A stretch of DNA of 43,310 bases. It comes from a virus. Its lineage: Duplodnaviria > Caudoviricetes. Location: positions 1-43,310 of the IMG/VR virus record IMGVR_UViG_3300009678_000027; one strand, given 5' to 3'. The notes below the pieces were generated by a model, which was not told where the DNA came from, did not search any database, and saw nothing but the letters and a program-made list of their open reading frames with translations. How positions within the stretch are numbered: position 1 is the first letter of the stretch; each line of letters starts with the position of its first letter. Shown here one piece after another: positions 28,644 to 37,194 of the stretch. Position numbers and translations under genes: made by a program.

Positions 28644-28740
28644 CACGCTATAAATTTCACAAGCGATATTAATTGCCTTTCCTATCCATTTTTTTCTAAA
28701 CTTTACACCGTCTAACTTTAGTAGGATTACCCACGGAATC

Positions 28741-28998
28741 ATGAAAGCTGCGGCTATTAATGGTATCATTGTCTTACTTTTACTTTCTTCATGCGGAACG
28801 CACAGCGTTAATAAATATCGATTTGTTGAGGTCACTGTTAACGCTACAGACTCCAGCGAACTTGCTAAGACAGACACTAGCTGGGTCCATCAGGAGGAAA
28901 TCAGGAAACTAGAAAGAAAAAAGATAAAGTGGAAAACCATAGCTTTAATCTTGCTGGTTATAGTAGTTGTTACGTTCATTCCTTTTGAAGAGTTGTAA
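28741..28998 (+). CDS. Lipoprotein with C-terminal TM (unimolecular spanin-like)
   Basis: Lipobox LLSSC and C-terminal hydrophobic helix IALILLVIVVVTFI. Confidence 0.6.
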   Translation: MKAAAINGIIVLLLLSSCGTHSVNKYRFVEVTVNATDSSELAKTDTSWVHQEEIRKLERKKIKWKTIALILLVIVVVTFIPFEEL

Positions 28999-29296
28999 GT
29001 TTTTTAGCGTTCTCGATTGCTGATTTGTATTGTTCTGCTTGCTTTAAGGGAATCAGTAACTCTATACTTGTAAGGTTATGCACCTTTAAGGCTAATGCTC
29101 GTTCCGCTATCGGTATCAACTCTTTCAAAGCGGCAAGGAGCGCAGCGTTTTGTTGATCGGTTTCTTTCAGTGCTTCGCCCAACATCTTAATAGTTGTTTC
29201 ATCCTGATCGGATTTATTAATTCCTTTCAGTAAATCATCAATCAATTTGCTTCGGTGTTCTACTCCTGTATTGCCTTCTTTATTTTCCATTTTCAT
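28976..29296 (-). CDS. Hypothetical protein
   Basis: Helical ORF with NAALLAALKEL motif, end of minus-strand operon. Confidence 0.65.
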   Translation of the reverse strand: MKMENKEGNTGVEHRSKLIDDLLKGINKSDQDETTIKMLGEALKETDQQNAALLAALKELIPIAERALALKVHNLTSIELLIPLKQAEQYKSAIENAKKLTTLQKE

Positions 29297-29519
29297 AATC
29301 GTTAATTATTTGTAAAATTTTAATAGATTCAATACCTGGAACTTCATAGTCAGTACAGACGTCTTTAATTTGTGCAATTAGTTGGCGAAGCTGTTCGGCT
29401 CTTTCTCGTTGGGCTGTGGCTCCTGCGATGTAGCCTTCAATCACAGACGCTTCAGCTATTTTATCACTAGCAAATTCCTCAGCCTGTTTTTCAATCCGCT
29501 CCTTTTCTTCTGGTTTCAT
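29280..29519 (-). CDS. Hypothetical protein
   Basis: IEKQAEEFA..GYIAGA small phage protein pattern. Confidence 0.7.
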   Translation of the reverse strand: MKPEEKERIEKQAEEFASDKIAEASVIEGYIAGATAQRERAEQLRQLIAQIKDVCTDYEVPGIESIKILQIINDYENGK

Positions 29520-29550
29520 GGTTCAAGTATTATAATATTTTTTACTGCTA

Positions 29551-30339
29551 TCATTTATACAACTCGTTTAAATCTTGTGTTGTAATTACTCGCGAAGGTG
29601 ACCAGAGGGGGCACATCACCTTGTTAACATCCGACGAGTATTTCTTTCTAGGCACTAGCTCAAGTCTAGCCATTTCTCTGAATACACCCGCTCGATGTTG
29701 TTCTGTGGGTAGTTCTTCACTTAGTTCTATCACGTATTGATTACCGAAATGGTAACTAAAGCTAGACCAGTTTTCACCAGGAAGGTCATCAGCGTGAACA
29801 TATTGAATTACTAACGGTTGGCCGTTGATTGTTTTACCACGGTCGTATGCCATGTTAACAAACTCAGTTACAAAAGGAACTACCTCGTTTGGTACCCATG
29901 AGTATGGGTGTGAGGAGTCACTTAGGTAAAAAGTATCTTTGTAGATTACTGTTCGGTCGTACTGTGTAACGACTAATGTATCTGTAACAAAAATAGTATC
30001 GATTTGATTTAGAATCACAGTATCCAAAATTGTTACTATCTTTTCAACTTCTTTTATGATAATACTGTCGCGGGTAACTATCTGAATCAGTGTATCGTGT
30101 TCAATTATTACTACCTCAACATTCACTGTATCAGTACGGTAAATAAAAATAGTATCTTTCAATATGATAACAGCACCGACTGGCCGCGGAGTAATGCTAT
30201 CGTTGCGCTCAAGCCATACGGTATCCATTTTAATAGTTTCTTCATATATAATTTCTTCACACGAACTAAGCCATATCATTAAGGCAGAAATCCATGCGAA
30301 AGAGATCAGGAAAAAGAGGGACTTTGAAAATTGTTTCAT
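29551..30339 (-). CDS. Lipoprotein with D-[ST]-[VIL] repeats and degenerate zincin-like domain
   Basis: Lipobox WLSSC; nine DTV/DTI/DTL/DSI; VFREMAR where HExxH is expected, then VMCP. Confidence 0.7.
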   Translation of the reverse strand: MKQFSKSLFFLISFAWISALMIWLSSCEEIIYEETIKMDTVWLERNDSITPRPVGAVIILKDTIFIYRTDTVNVEVVIIEHDTLIQIVTRDSIIIKEVEKIVTILDTVILNQIDTIFVTDTLVVTQYDRTVIYKDTFYLSDSSHPYSWVPNEVVPFVTEFVNMAYDRGKTINGQPLVIQYVHADDLPGENWSSFSYHFGNQYVIELSEELPTEQHRAGVFREMARLELVPRKKYSSDVNKVMCPLWSPSRVITTQDLNELYK

Positions 30340-30340
30340 T

Positions 30341-30604
30341 TTATTTTGTGATTATCCATTCGTATTTAGGAGCCTCAACTTGTGAATTTATTATCTTACG
30401 AAGATCCTTACTAACGGCTCTCATTGCTTGTATTTGTCTTTTACGGGCTTCACGGAAATCAGGATCATCAGAATACTGAAACTGATGACGGTAAATTTTA
30501 ATTCGTTTCTGAATGTTATCACGACTTCTTTTTAAGTCCAGAATGTTAATGAGCTTGTAGTCGTGATCCGTTAAAATATCTTTTGCTTTTGTTAGGAATA
30601 TCAT
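30341..30604 (-). CDS. Hypothetical basic protein
   Basis: 87 aa, ATGA overlap. Confidence 0.6.
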   Translation of the reverse strand: MIFLTKAKDILTDHDYKLINILDLKRSRDNIQKRIKIYRHQFQYSDDPDFREARKRQIQAMRAVSKDLRKIINSQVEAPKYEWIITK

Positions 30605-31236
30605 AACCCTTTACCGTTTAAGTGTTCTTTATACCATTCCTTAAACTTTTTCACATGAGCGTCGTAGTTTTCAAAGTCATACTGAAGATTGAAATCGCAC
30701 TCGTCCAGTGAATTAGGAAGCCTTTGCGGAGGATAAATTCGTGGCTCAAACGACGCTTTAATCCATTCAAAATGTCTATCCGTGATGTAGGCTTCCTCAG
30801 GGGTAGTTATCGGATAAGGCGCTGCTTTTGGTGGCACGACTCCACCCTGTTCAATTATCTCTTTGTAAGACGGTGGAGGCATGGCGTTAACCATTGGAGC
30901 GGCGTCGATCATTGCTTTAAACTCAGCTAACCTACGCTGGCGCTCTTCACCGGTTACGGGTATCCATTCAGCTTGCTTTTCCTCTTCATGTTTTTCAAGT
31001 GCTTTTGTAACCCAATCGACCTTGACTTTATCAGGGTTTATTTTATTAAGCTTGTTGGATACAAATCTTCTAGACTCTTCAATCGGCGGGAATGGTCGGT
31101 TTTGATCCGCTGAATGAATTGTATAAACGTCATCGCATACCTTTTTAAATGTTTCAGGTTTGTGGTTCATTATTGCGCGCTCATACCAAACGTAGTTAGC
31201 ACACAGGTCTTTAAAAAAGTCACTGAAAGAGATCAT
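30601..31236 (-). CDS. Hypothetical protein, possibly replication-associated
   Basis: WYERAIMNH...ESRRFVSNKL recalls C-terminal domains of Bacteroidota phage initiators (weak). Confidence 0.5.
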   Translation of the reverse strand: MISFSDFFKDLCANYVWYERAIMNHKPETFKKVCDDVYTIHSADQNRPFPPIEESRRFVSNKLNKINPDKVKVDWVTKALEKHEEEKQAEWIPVTGEERQRRLAEFKAMIDAAPMVNAMPPPSYKEIIEQGGVVPPKAAPYPITTPEEAYITDRHFEWIKASFEPRIYPPQRLPNSLDECDFNLQYDFENYDAHVKKFKEWYKEHLNGKGL

Positions 31237-32210
31237 ATGAGTGAAAGTTGTGTTTCTGCTTTATGATTACTTATTGAAGCAAGATTTTTAATAGCCTGTT
31301 TATAATAGCTTTCTTTAAGCTCTATACCAACGGCTTTCCTATCCAACACGATCGCGCCATAAACCTCTGATCCAACGCCCATAAAAGGAGTCATAACTAC
31401 TTCACCAGGATTGCTGTATAAAGTTATTAAACGTTGAATAACATCTAATTGCAGTGGGTGAACATGCTTTTCGTCATCCTCTTCACGGCTTTCAATAAAT
31501 GGCAAAACATTGTCGATCCTTGTATCATCCCAAACGCTTGAAGCGTAACGCTGCCAATGGATGTGAGCCATTTTATTAGTTTTCGCGTCTTTATGATTGA
31601 TCCACTTTTTCTTGAATTGATCGTAATCTCCATATTCTTCAATGTGTGGTTTTAAAAACGGGGTATCACCAAAGTATTCTAATAGACCGTGCTCATGGGT
31701 TACGGGTGTTTCATTCTCGCCAGTCTTTCGGAAGATCAAAACATAATCAGGAGCGGCGGTAAAAACCCTTGTTGAATCTTGAGTAAGTTGTTTATGTGTA
31801 AGTGATTTTACCATCGTCCTGTTCCTGACGGTCAGTGGTTCTTTCCATACAGTTATTCGGTTGCAATAATGCATTCCATGTTTTTTATGAAGTTCAATAA
31901 TGTCATGTGGGAAGTCATACATTTCGTTCGTGCTTGTGTTGATTATGTCCATGCAGTGAACGGCGACAATACGTCCCGGCTTTATTAACCTGGCAGTTTG
32001 CTCAATTAAAAATTCGTACTGTATTAAAAACTCATCCTCATCCTGGCAATTGCTGAAATCTTCCGGAAGACTTGAATATTTATAAAGACCAATAAATGGC
32101 GGGCTATAGATTATTAAATCACAAGATTTGTCAGGAAGTGTAGGAATTACTTTCATGCAGTCACCATTATAAATTGCGTAGTTTTCGGTTACTAGTTCGG
32201 AGTTAATCAT
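31233..32210 (-). CDS. DNA N4-cytosine/N6-adenine methyltransferase, beta class
   Basis: GDCM, YSPPF, HVHPLQLDVI, PFMGVGSE, GIELKESY. Confidence 0.93.
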   Translation of the reverse strand: MINSELVTENYAIYNGDCMKVIPTLPDKSCDLIIYSPPFIGLYKYSSLPEDFSNCQDEDEFLIQYEFLIEQTARLIKPGRIVAVHCMDIINTSTNEMYDFPHDIIELHKKHGMHYCNRITVWKEPLTVRNRTMVKSLTHKQLTQDSTRVFTAAPDYVLIFRKTGENETPVTHEHGLLEYFGDTPFLKPHIEEYGDYDQFKKKWINHKDAKTNKMAHIHWQRYASSVWDDTRIDNVLPFIESREEDDEKHVHPLQLDVIQRLITLYSNPGEVVMTPFMGVGSEVYGAIVLDRKAVGIELKESYYKQAIKNLASISNHKAETQLSLI

Positions 32211-33571
32211 AGGAATGAAGGTTTGCTGATTGGTTTATCGAATTGATTACTTTTTATTTCAAGATTTTGATGCAGTGTCGAATTCAGCTTTTCAAATAAT
32301 TTATTAGCTCTATCTGTTTTACTGAGCAAAATATCTAATACCCTTTTTTGTCCATCGGAATAAACAAGATCCACTGTCACCTCTTTTGTTTGACCAAACC
32401 TCCAAAACCTACGAATAGCCTGATAGTATTGCTCATAGCTAAAAGTTGGAAAGAATATGGTGTGATTGCAGTGCTGCCAGTTCAGCCCGAAGGCGGTCAT
32501 TTTGGGCTTGGTAACTAATTTTTTTAACTGTCCTTGTGAGAATGAAACTAAGATTTCTTCCTTTTCATCAAGGTCCATTGACCCATGAATTTGATAAGCG
32601 TTTCTGTCTATCTCACAAAGTAAATCACCTTCTTTATTGAAGTTACACCAATACACCGACGTCTCATGATGGTTTGCTATTTCAACAGCTACCTCACAAC
32701 GTTCTTTTATGGTTTGCTTTTGTTCCTCCCTCACCTCACCTAACCTTTGAGCAATCATATTGAACAACATAATTTGCCCGTCTATAATCATGTTGTTTGG
32801 ATTTTTTACCGGGTGATAATTCTGGATTAATTCAGGTAGCTTGTGATGCTCATCACTGAAACCTAAATCACTAGGCTTACGCATTGAAATAGACCAACCC
32901 GAAACCCATTTAAAAAAATCATTCTTAGCGTGTGGCTTTAGATACCACTTTGTTCCTATATCTAATGGGCTAATGTTGTTTTCATTGTTACTAAAGAATC
33001 TTTTTAACATTTCCATGTAACCCAAATATCCCAACGCTTCCGAGCTTGTCCCTAATTCAATGAAATCATTCGGTGATGGTGTAGCTGTGAATAGAAATCT
33101 GTATTTAACTTTCCTTAGAAAGGCTGTTACATGGGTTTTAATTGCTCCGTCGAAGTTTTTAAGTATTGAACTTTCATCCAGGATAACACAGTCAAAGTCC
33201 TGCCAGTTGAATTTGCTAAGGCGCTCATAATTGCATACGACTATTTTCTTTGTGAATGATCCATCTTTGGAATATTCAATATCATCTATATCAAATTTGC
33301 GAGCTTCTTTCAGAAATTGGAACGCAACAGCGAGCGGGGTAATAATAAGAACTGGTTTGTTTGTGTGCATTACATAGTTAACAGCCGTTGTGAGTTCAAT
33401 GATTGTTTTACCCAAACCTGTATCCAGGAAGTCAGCACAACGCCCTTTGTTAATTGAGTAGTCAGAAACGTATTCCTGAAAGTCAAACAATCCTTTCGGT
33501 AAAAACTTTACAGGTATACCGTAGTTATTTGAGGTATGACGTTTGGATTCAATAAATTGATCGTAGTTCAT
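32207..33571 (-). CDS. SF2 (SNF2-like) helicase
   Basis: DTGLGKT, ILDESS, TATPSPN, FGLNWQ, QAIRRFWRFGQ. Confidence 0.92.
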   Translation of the reverse strand: MNYDQFIESKRHTSNNYGIPVKFLPKGLFDFQEYVSDYSINKGRCADFLDTGLGKTIIELTTAVNYVMHTNKPVLIITPLAVAFQFLKEARKFDIDDIEYSKDGSFTKKIVVCNYERLSKFNWQDFDCVILDESSILKNFDGAIKTHVTAFLRKVKYRFLFTATPSPNDFIELGTSSEALGYLGYMEMLKRFFSNNENNISPLDIGTKWYLKPHAKNDFFKWVSGWSISMRKPSDLGFSDEHHKLPELIQNYHPVKNPNNMIIDGQIMLFNMIAQRLGEVREEQKQTIKERCEVAVEIANHHETSVYWCNFNKEGDLLCEIDRNAYQIHGSMDLDEKEEILVSFSQGQLKKLVTKPKMTAFGLNWQHCNHTIFFPTFSYEQYYQAIRRFWRFGQTKEVTVDLVYSDGQKRVLDILLSKTDRANKLFEKLNSTLHQNLEIKSNQFDKPISKPSFL

Positions 33572-33577
33572 ATAGAA

Positions 33578-33684
33578 ATTAAAAAGGCCTTTCATCCGTG
33601 GAAGTGGAATCAGGCCCTTATGAGTTAATTAAACTCTGGCAAAGTTAACGCTTCCACTCATTAACACTGCAGTAATCAAAGGTA
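33578..33684 (-). promoter_or_regulatory. Promoter TACCTTTG plus two-hairpin leader/attenuator of helicase-methylase operon
   Basis: Box 33677-33684; guuaaug/cguuaac stem with loop GUGGAAG; gggccu/aggccu stem with loop CUUCCAC and U-tract before ATG 33571. Confidence 0.7.
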
Positions 33685-33689
33685 AAAAA

Positions 33690-33875
33690 TTATGTCATTA
33701 CCCAATTAATAACCTTCACAATTCCTATTATAAATCCAGTAGCACAGAACAACCCCAGCAAAGCGGCGGCGATTAAAGAGGGCCAGATGATTTGCTTTGC
33801 TACGTGTTCCATTGACTGTTCGAAAGCAGCACCTGAGTCTTCAATTACCTCGCCTTGTCTATTTAAATTTTTCAT
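33690..33875 (-). CDS. Small membrane protein
   Basis: Hydrophobic C-terminal half. Confidence 0.6.
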   Translation of the reverse strand: MKNLNRQGEVIEDSGAAFEQSMEHVAKQIIWPSLIAAALLGLFCATGFIIGIVKVINWVMT

Positions 33876-34258
33876 AGTCCTTTGAGTTTGCGTAGTTTAT
33901 CAACTTCCTTTTTGTAGTATGCGGTCATTACGTCGATTTCGAATTGATCGCGTTTGCAGGTCATTCGACTCATGACTTCCAACCTCTCCCAGGTGCCAAC
34001 CCCGTATTTCTCGTTAATTCTTTCCTTGTATACCTCACGTTTTCCCCCTTCAAAAGCGTTACATCTTTTACATTGAGCGTGATTGTTTTGCTCGCTGAAT
34101 TTAGTTGCTTTATGCTGTCGGGGGATACCGTGTCCGCAATCAAAACGCTGCCAATGTCCTGCAAAGCCGCACGTAATGCATTTGCAATTTCCAGCCTCGT
34201 CGGCGTCTCGGAGGCGAATATAAGTACTGAATACTTTCCATAATTTTTCATCTTTCAC
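33872..34258 (-). CDS. ninG: NinG/Rap-family recombination endonuclease
   Basis: FSTYIRLRD, CITCG, DCGH, N.HAQC..CN, Y..RI..KYG. Confidence 0.9.
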   Translation of the reverse strand: MKDEKLWKVFSTYIRLRDADEAGNCKCITCGFAGHWQRFDCGHGIPRQHKATKFSEQNNHAQCKRCNAFEGGKREVYKERINEKYGVGTWERLEVMSRMTCKRDQFEIDVMTAYYKKEVDKLRKLKGL

Positions 34259-34608
34259 TGCAGTTTACTTTTAATGTGCTCGATATACTTTTCGGTCTTT
34301 GCTTTGTAAAATTCGTCGAAAGTTTTAAAGCCTTCTGAGTTCTGCTGATGGCACAAGTACAACACGGCGCGTATTCTCTGCGATTGACTTCTGTTATTTA
34401 GCTCAGGTTCGATCTTGTCAATCTGTTCTATCTCCCGGTTGTCAATCGCTGCGGGGCAAATGTAGACGCTTACCAATTGATTCATGTACTGGAATAACTG
34501 GCCAGCTTCAACTGGGCTCAACTCTTGAGTGCCAAAAATCAGCTTAACGCTTTTGTCTTTCCGCGTGTTGATCGATTCAACCATTGCGGCTATTAACTGG
34601 CCTTTCAT
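34255..34608 (-). CDS. Conserved hypothetical phage protein
   Basis: TRKDKSVKL..GTQEL, SQSQRIRAVLY. Confidence 0.75.
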   Translation of the reverse strand: MKGQLIAAMVESINTRKDKSVKLIFGTQELSPVEAGQLFQYMNQLVSVYICPAAIDNREIEQIDKIEPELNNRSQSQRIRAVLYLCHQQNSEGFKTFDEFYKAKTEKYIEHIKSKLQ

Positions 34609-35117
34609 TTGATGTATACTTTTACGCCTTCTTTGGTACGCTTAACAGGAGGCTTAACTAATTCCTCGGCACCATCTTTGTTCACAAGTAATACCGGATC
34701 TTTAATTGCCCTTAGAAACTCTTCACGTTCTTTCTTTCGTGCGGTCAGGCTTTTAATTTCCGAATCTAACTCCTCCCATTGCGAATCGCCAGAAGTTTCA
34801 TATTTGTATTCTGTGTAAACGTCGCACTTGTCAATCTTTGCGCCGTAGCGTTCGATGCTCTTCTCATTGTATCTATTGGCTTCGTTTAGTACATTCTCTT
34901 CGATCTCTTCAATGATCTCCTTTGAGAGTAGCTGTAAGGCTCTCATCATAACAAGTACCTCTAAGGCGCTAGAATTGCCATCCTTGACGCTTTGAATAAT
35001 TCCTTTAGCAAATGTTGCTACCTCTTTTGCGGTGTTCGGCATTATCCGCAATGCGCCTACTGGGGTCATTCCTTGTAATTCGTTCATATCTGGTATATTA
35101 TGTCCGTAGTGTGGCAT
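34605..35117 (-). CDS. Hypothetical recombination-module protein
   Basis: Coiled coil, YKYE..D..W, KEREEFL; start uncertain (35138/35117/35087). Confidence 0.65.
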   Translation of the reverse strand: MPHYGHNIPDMNELQGMTPVGALRIMPNTAKEVATFAKGIIQSVKDGNSSALEVLVMMRALQLLSKEIIEEIEENVLNEANRYNEKSIERYGAKIDKCDVYTEYKYETSGDSQWEELDSEIKSLTARKKEREEFLRAIKDPVLLVNKDGAEELVKPPVKRTKEGVKVYIK

Positions 35118-35118
35118 A

Positions 35119-35640
35119 TCAAAAGGGTAATGTTTCAAGTTCTGTTTGCTTATCGGTTACTACCCACGGATCAGCGCCAGTAAAGAGTGCCTCCAGGTGG
35201 CAAGGTTTTTCAAGTGCTGCCTGTAAGATTTCATCAGCAAGCGGTTTCTTTGGGCTAGGCGTTACTGAATAAGTTGTGTCTAGTTTGCTGCCCTTCTTAT
35301 TTATTTTGAGGTCATAGGCGAAGGGGGCGCCCCAGTCTTCATCTTTGGACAGGTTCTGAATTGCTGCCTGTATGGTTTGCTGAGTGACTTCAAGTATCTG
35401 AATTGATTGCTCGTTATAATTCCACACGATGAAAGCCCAGAAGTGTTTGATAGGATTCTTATCCAAAGGCTTGTCAGGCTTCTGTTTCATCTGAAATCGG
35501 TATGGTATTTTATCTTTCCAATCCAACCAACCTACGATAGGCTTTGATAAGATACGGATCTTGTTTTCTCCGTCTTGGAGTTTCATGTAATTGCCTCCAC
35601 TTTGTGGAAGTTCGTAGGAATCTGGTAAGAAGTCTGACAT
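35119..35640 (-). CDS. ssDNA-binding/annealing protein candidate
   Basis: YMKLQDGENKIRILS, YDLKI.K.G..LDTTYSVTP, acidic C-terminus ending LPF. Confidence 0.6.
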   Translation of the reverse strand: MSDFLPDSYELPQSGGNYMKLQDGENKIRILSKPIVGWLDWKDKIPYRFQMKQKPDKPLDKNPIKHFWAFIVWNYNEQSIQILEVTQQTIQAAIQNLSKDEDWGAPFAYDLKINKKGSKLDTTYSVTPSPKKPLADEILQAALEKPCHLEALFTGADPWVVTDKQTELETLPF

Positions 35641-35641
35641 A

Positions 35642-35857
35642 TTATTTATTTATTGTTGTGTTACTCATTCTTTGCATGCCGGTTTCCCTGCCGACATGAT
35701 AAGCCATTGACGGGGTTAGCTCACGACCATCGTTAAGTATTTCGGCCTGTGAGACTAATGGGTTAGATTCCATTGTGTAGAACCTTACCTGTAGGTCCAA
35801 TTCGGAACAAATCCTATCGAAGTCTTTTCTCTCTGCGTTATTGATCTTGATAATCAT
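35642..35857 (-). CDS. Hypothetical protein
   Basis: 71-aa ORF in operon. Confidence 0.6.
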   Translation of the reverse strand: MIIKINNAERKDFDRICSELDLQVRFYTMESNPLVSQAEILNDGRELTPSMAYHVGRETGMQRMSNTTINK

Positions 35858-36000
35858 ATTGTTACAATGTATTGATCCTTAATAATTTCAACTGTTCCCT
35901 CGAAACGCGTAGCAAAAGAGTAGGCGTCATAAGGTGAATAGAAGTGGTATACTCGTTGTCTAAGCGAGGAAATAAGGAGAAATGTTAATAGCTTTTTCAT
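35854..36000 (-). CDS. 48-aa hypothetical protein (not in ORF track)
   Basis: MKKLLTFLLISSLRQRVYHF...; ATGA overlap with next gene. Confidence 0.5.
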   Translation of the reverse strand: MKKLLTFLLISSLRQRVYHFYSPYDAYSFATRFEGTVEIIKDQYIVTI

Positions 36001-36094
36001 GTGAAGTTTTAGGTTTAAGTGTTTTCTTAGAGCAGCTTACCGCCGTCATAAGACAGAAGTAAATTGCTATTATGATTAAAATGTAGTTTTTCAT
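35960..36094 (-). CDS. 44-aa lipoprotein-like peptide (not in ORF track)
   Basis: MKNYILIIIAIYFCLMTAVSCSKK...; TAATG coupling. Confidence 0.45.
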   Translation of the reverse strand: MKNYILIIIAIYFCLMTAVSCSKKTLKPKTSHEKAINISPYFLA

Positions 36095-36330
36095 TAGTCG
36101 TTATTTGCAATGGTATAATTTGGAGGATTTGGCGCGTCCATTGATTGACACTTGTGGATTTCAGCGGTCATAGTGCCTCTTATTTCATCCACTGACCATG
36201 AATGATCTGAGGTATCGCCGTTGTTAATGAACTTTAAATGGTTGCAAATCCTATCTAAAAAGAACTTATAGTCCCTAATGAATTGTTCGTGCTTTTCAAC
36301 ATCTTTTTCGTGTTCCGACATTGGTTTCAT
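36094..36330 (-). CDS. Hypothetical protein
   Basis: 78 aa ending MDAPNPPNY.IANND. Confidence 0.65.
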   Translation of the reverse strand: MKPMSEHEKDVEKHEQFIRDYKFFLDRICNHLKFINNGDTSDHSWSVDEIRGTMTAEIHKCQSMDAPNPPNYTIANND

Positions 36331-36506
36331 ATTGCTACTTGTTTACCGTTTTCAAACTTAATTAATACTGTTTCGCTTGGAATTGTGCTAACACAAGCTA
36401 AATAGCCGTTGCGGCATTTAACTAAGTAAGCAGTTCCGACCTCCCTAGAGAGTTGACGGGCTTGTGCTTCTGCTAAAAATTCGTTGGGTGTAGGGTTGCA
36501 CTTCAT
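36327..36506 (-). CDS. Hypothetical early protein
   Basis: ATG 36506 lies just downstream of promoter box 36530-36537. Confidence 0.6.
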   Translation of the reverse strand: MKCNPTPNEFLAEAQARQLSREVGTAYLVKCRNGYLACVSTIPSETVLIKFENGKQVAI

Positions 36507-36529
36507 AGCTGTTTCGATTAATTGATAAG

Positions 36530-36567
36530 CAAATATAGACACTTGTCTAATACTACGCAAGTGTTTA
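36530..36567 (-). promoter_or_regulatory. Promoter TATATTTG with two operator-like palindromes
   Basis: TAGACA-CT-TGTCTA 36536-36549; TACGCA-AG-TGTTTA 36554-36567. Confidence 0.75.
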
Positions 36568-36635
36568 GCAAAATTTATTTTTATTTTTTTTCTTTAAAAC
36601 ATTATGTTAAGTATCGCAACTGGCAATAAAAAAGG

Positions 36636-36944
36636 TTAAGCATTTTTTTGCTTAACCAATGCCATAAACTGGCTGGAGAAATAAGACCAGCGACCTTCGG
36701 CCATATCAGCAGTTGCTGTTAAACCAGCAGCTAAGGCTGACTGATATTCAGCATACATACGCTCTGCCATCTCGCCAGCGTAATCGATCTTACCCTGCAA
36801 GGACGTGCGATCGATCGCTTTAAAGGTTGCGAAAGGGATCGCATTAGCAAGGATAGCAGCCTGATCGCTGGGGTTAACGCCTAAAGCCAAAAGGTAGGCT
36901 TTGTAGCCCTTAGAGTCAGCGGAGAAAGAAGAAGGAACCACCAT
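36636..36944 (-). CDS. Hypothetical Ala-rich early protein
   Basis: 102 aa, own promoter, hairpin just before ATG. Confidence 0.7.
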   Translation of the reverse strand: MVVPSSFSADSKGYKAYLLALGVNPSDQAAILANAIPFATFKAIDRTSLQGKIDYAGEMAERMYAEYQSALAAGLTATADMAEGRWSYFSSQFMALVKQKNA

Positions 36945-36999
36945 AAAAACTCCCGATTTAACACCTCGGAGACGGGCTTTGTGTTTCTGTTTGGTGATA

Positions 37000-37037
37000 T
37001 AAAGATATACAACTGTTTAGTACTATACAAGTGTTTA
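37000..37037 (-). promoter_or_regulatory. Promoter TATCTTTA with two operator-like palindromes (paralog of 36530-36567)
   Basis: TATACA-AC-TGTTTA 37006-37019; TATACA-AG-TGTTTA 37024-37037. Confidence 0.7.
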
Positions 37038-37079
37038 GTAAAATATTTTTAAATTATTTTTAAATCTCCTAAATATTAA

Positions 37080-37193
37080 TAATTTTGATGTGTTGAAACC
37101 TTGCAGCTACGATTTCGGTTTTAATGTAAGAAATTGTAATTAGCCCTTCCGGGGGCGGCAGTAGCTGGCCAAACCTGGAAGGGCTTTTCTTTT
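37080..37193 (+). promoter_or_regulatory. Promoter TAATTTTG plus two-hairpin leader/attenuator
   Basis: gttgaaacc/ggttttaat stem with loop CAGCTAC; agcccttcc/ggaagggct stem with loop GTAGCTG and T-tract. Confidence 0.7.
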
Positions 37194-37194
37194 G

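Noticed and set aside
36945-36990. Possible fifth loop-loop element (minus: AACAC vs hairpin loop GUGUU before ORF 36944)
   Set aside because: Only 5 bp of complementarity and no clear first hairpin; could be chance
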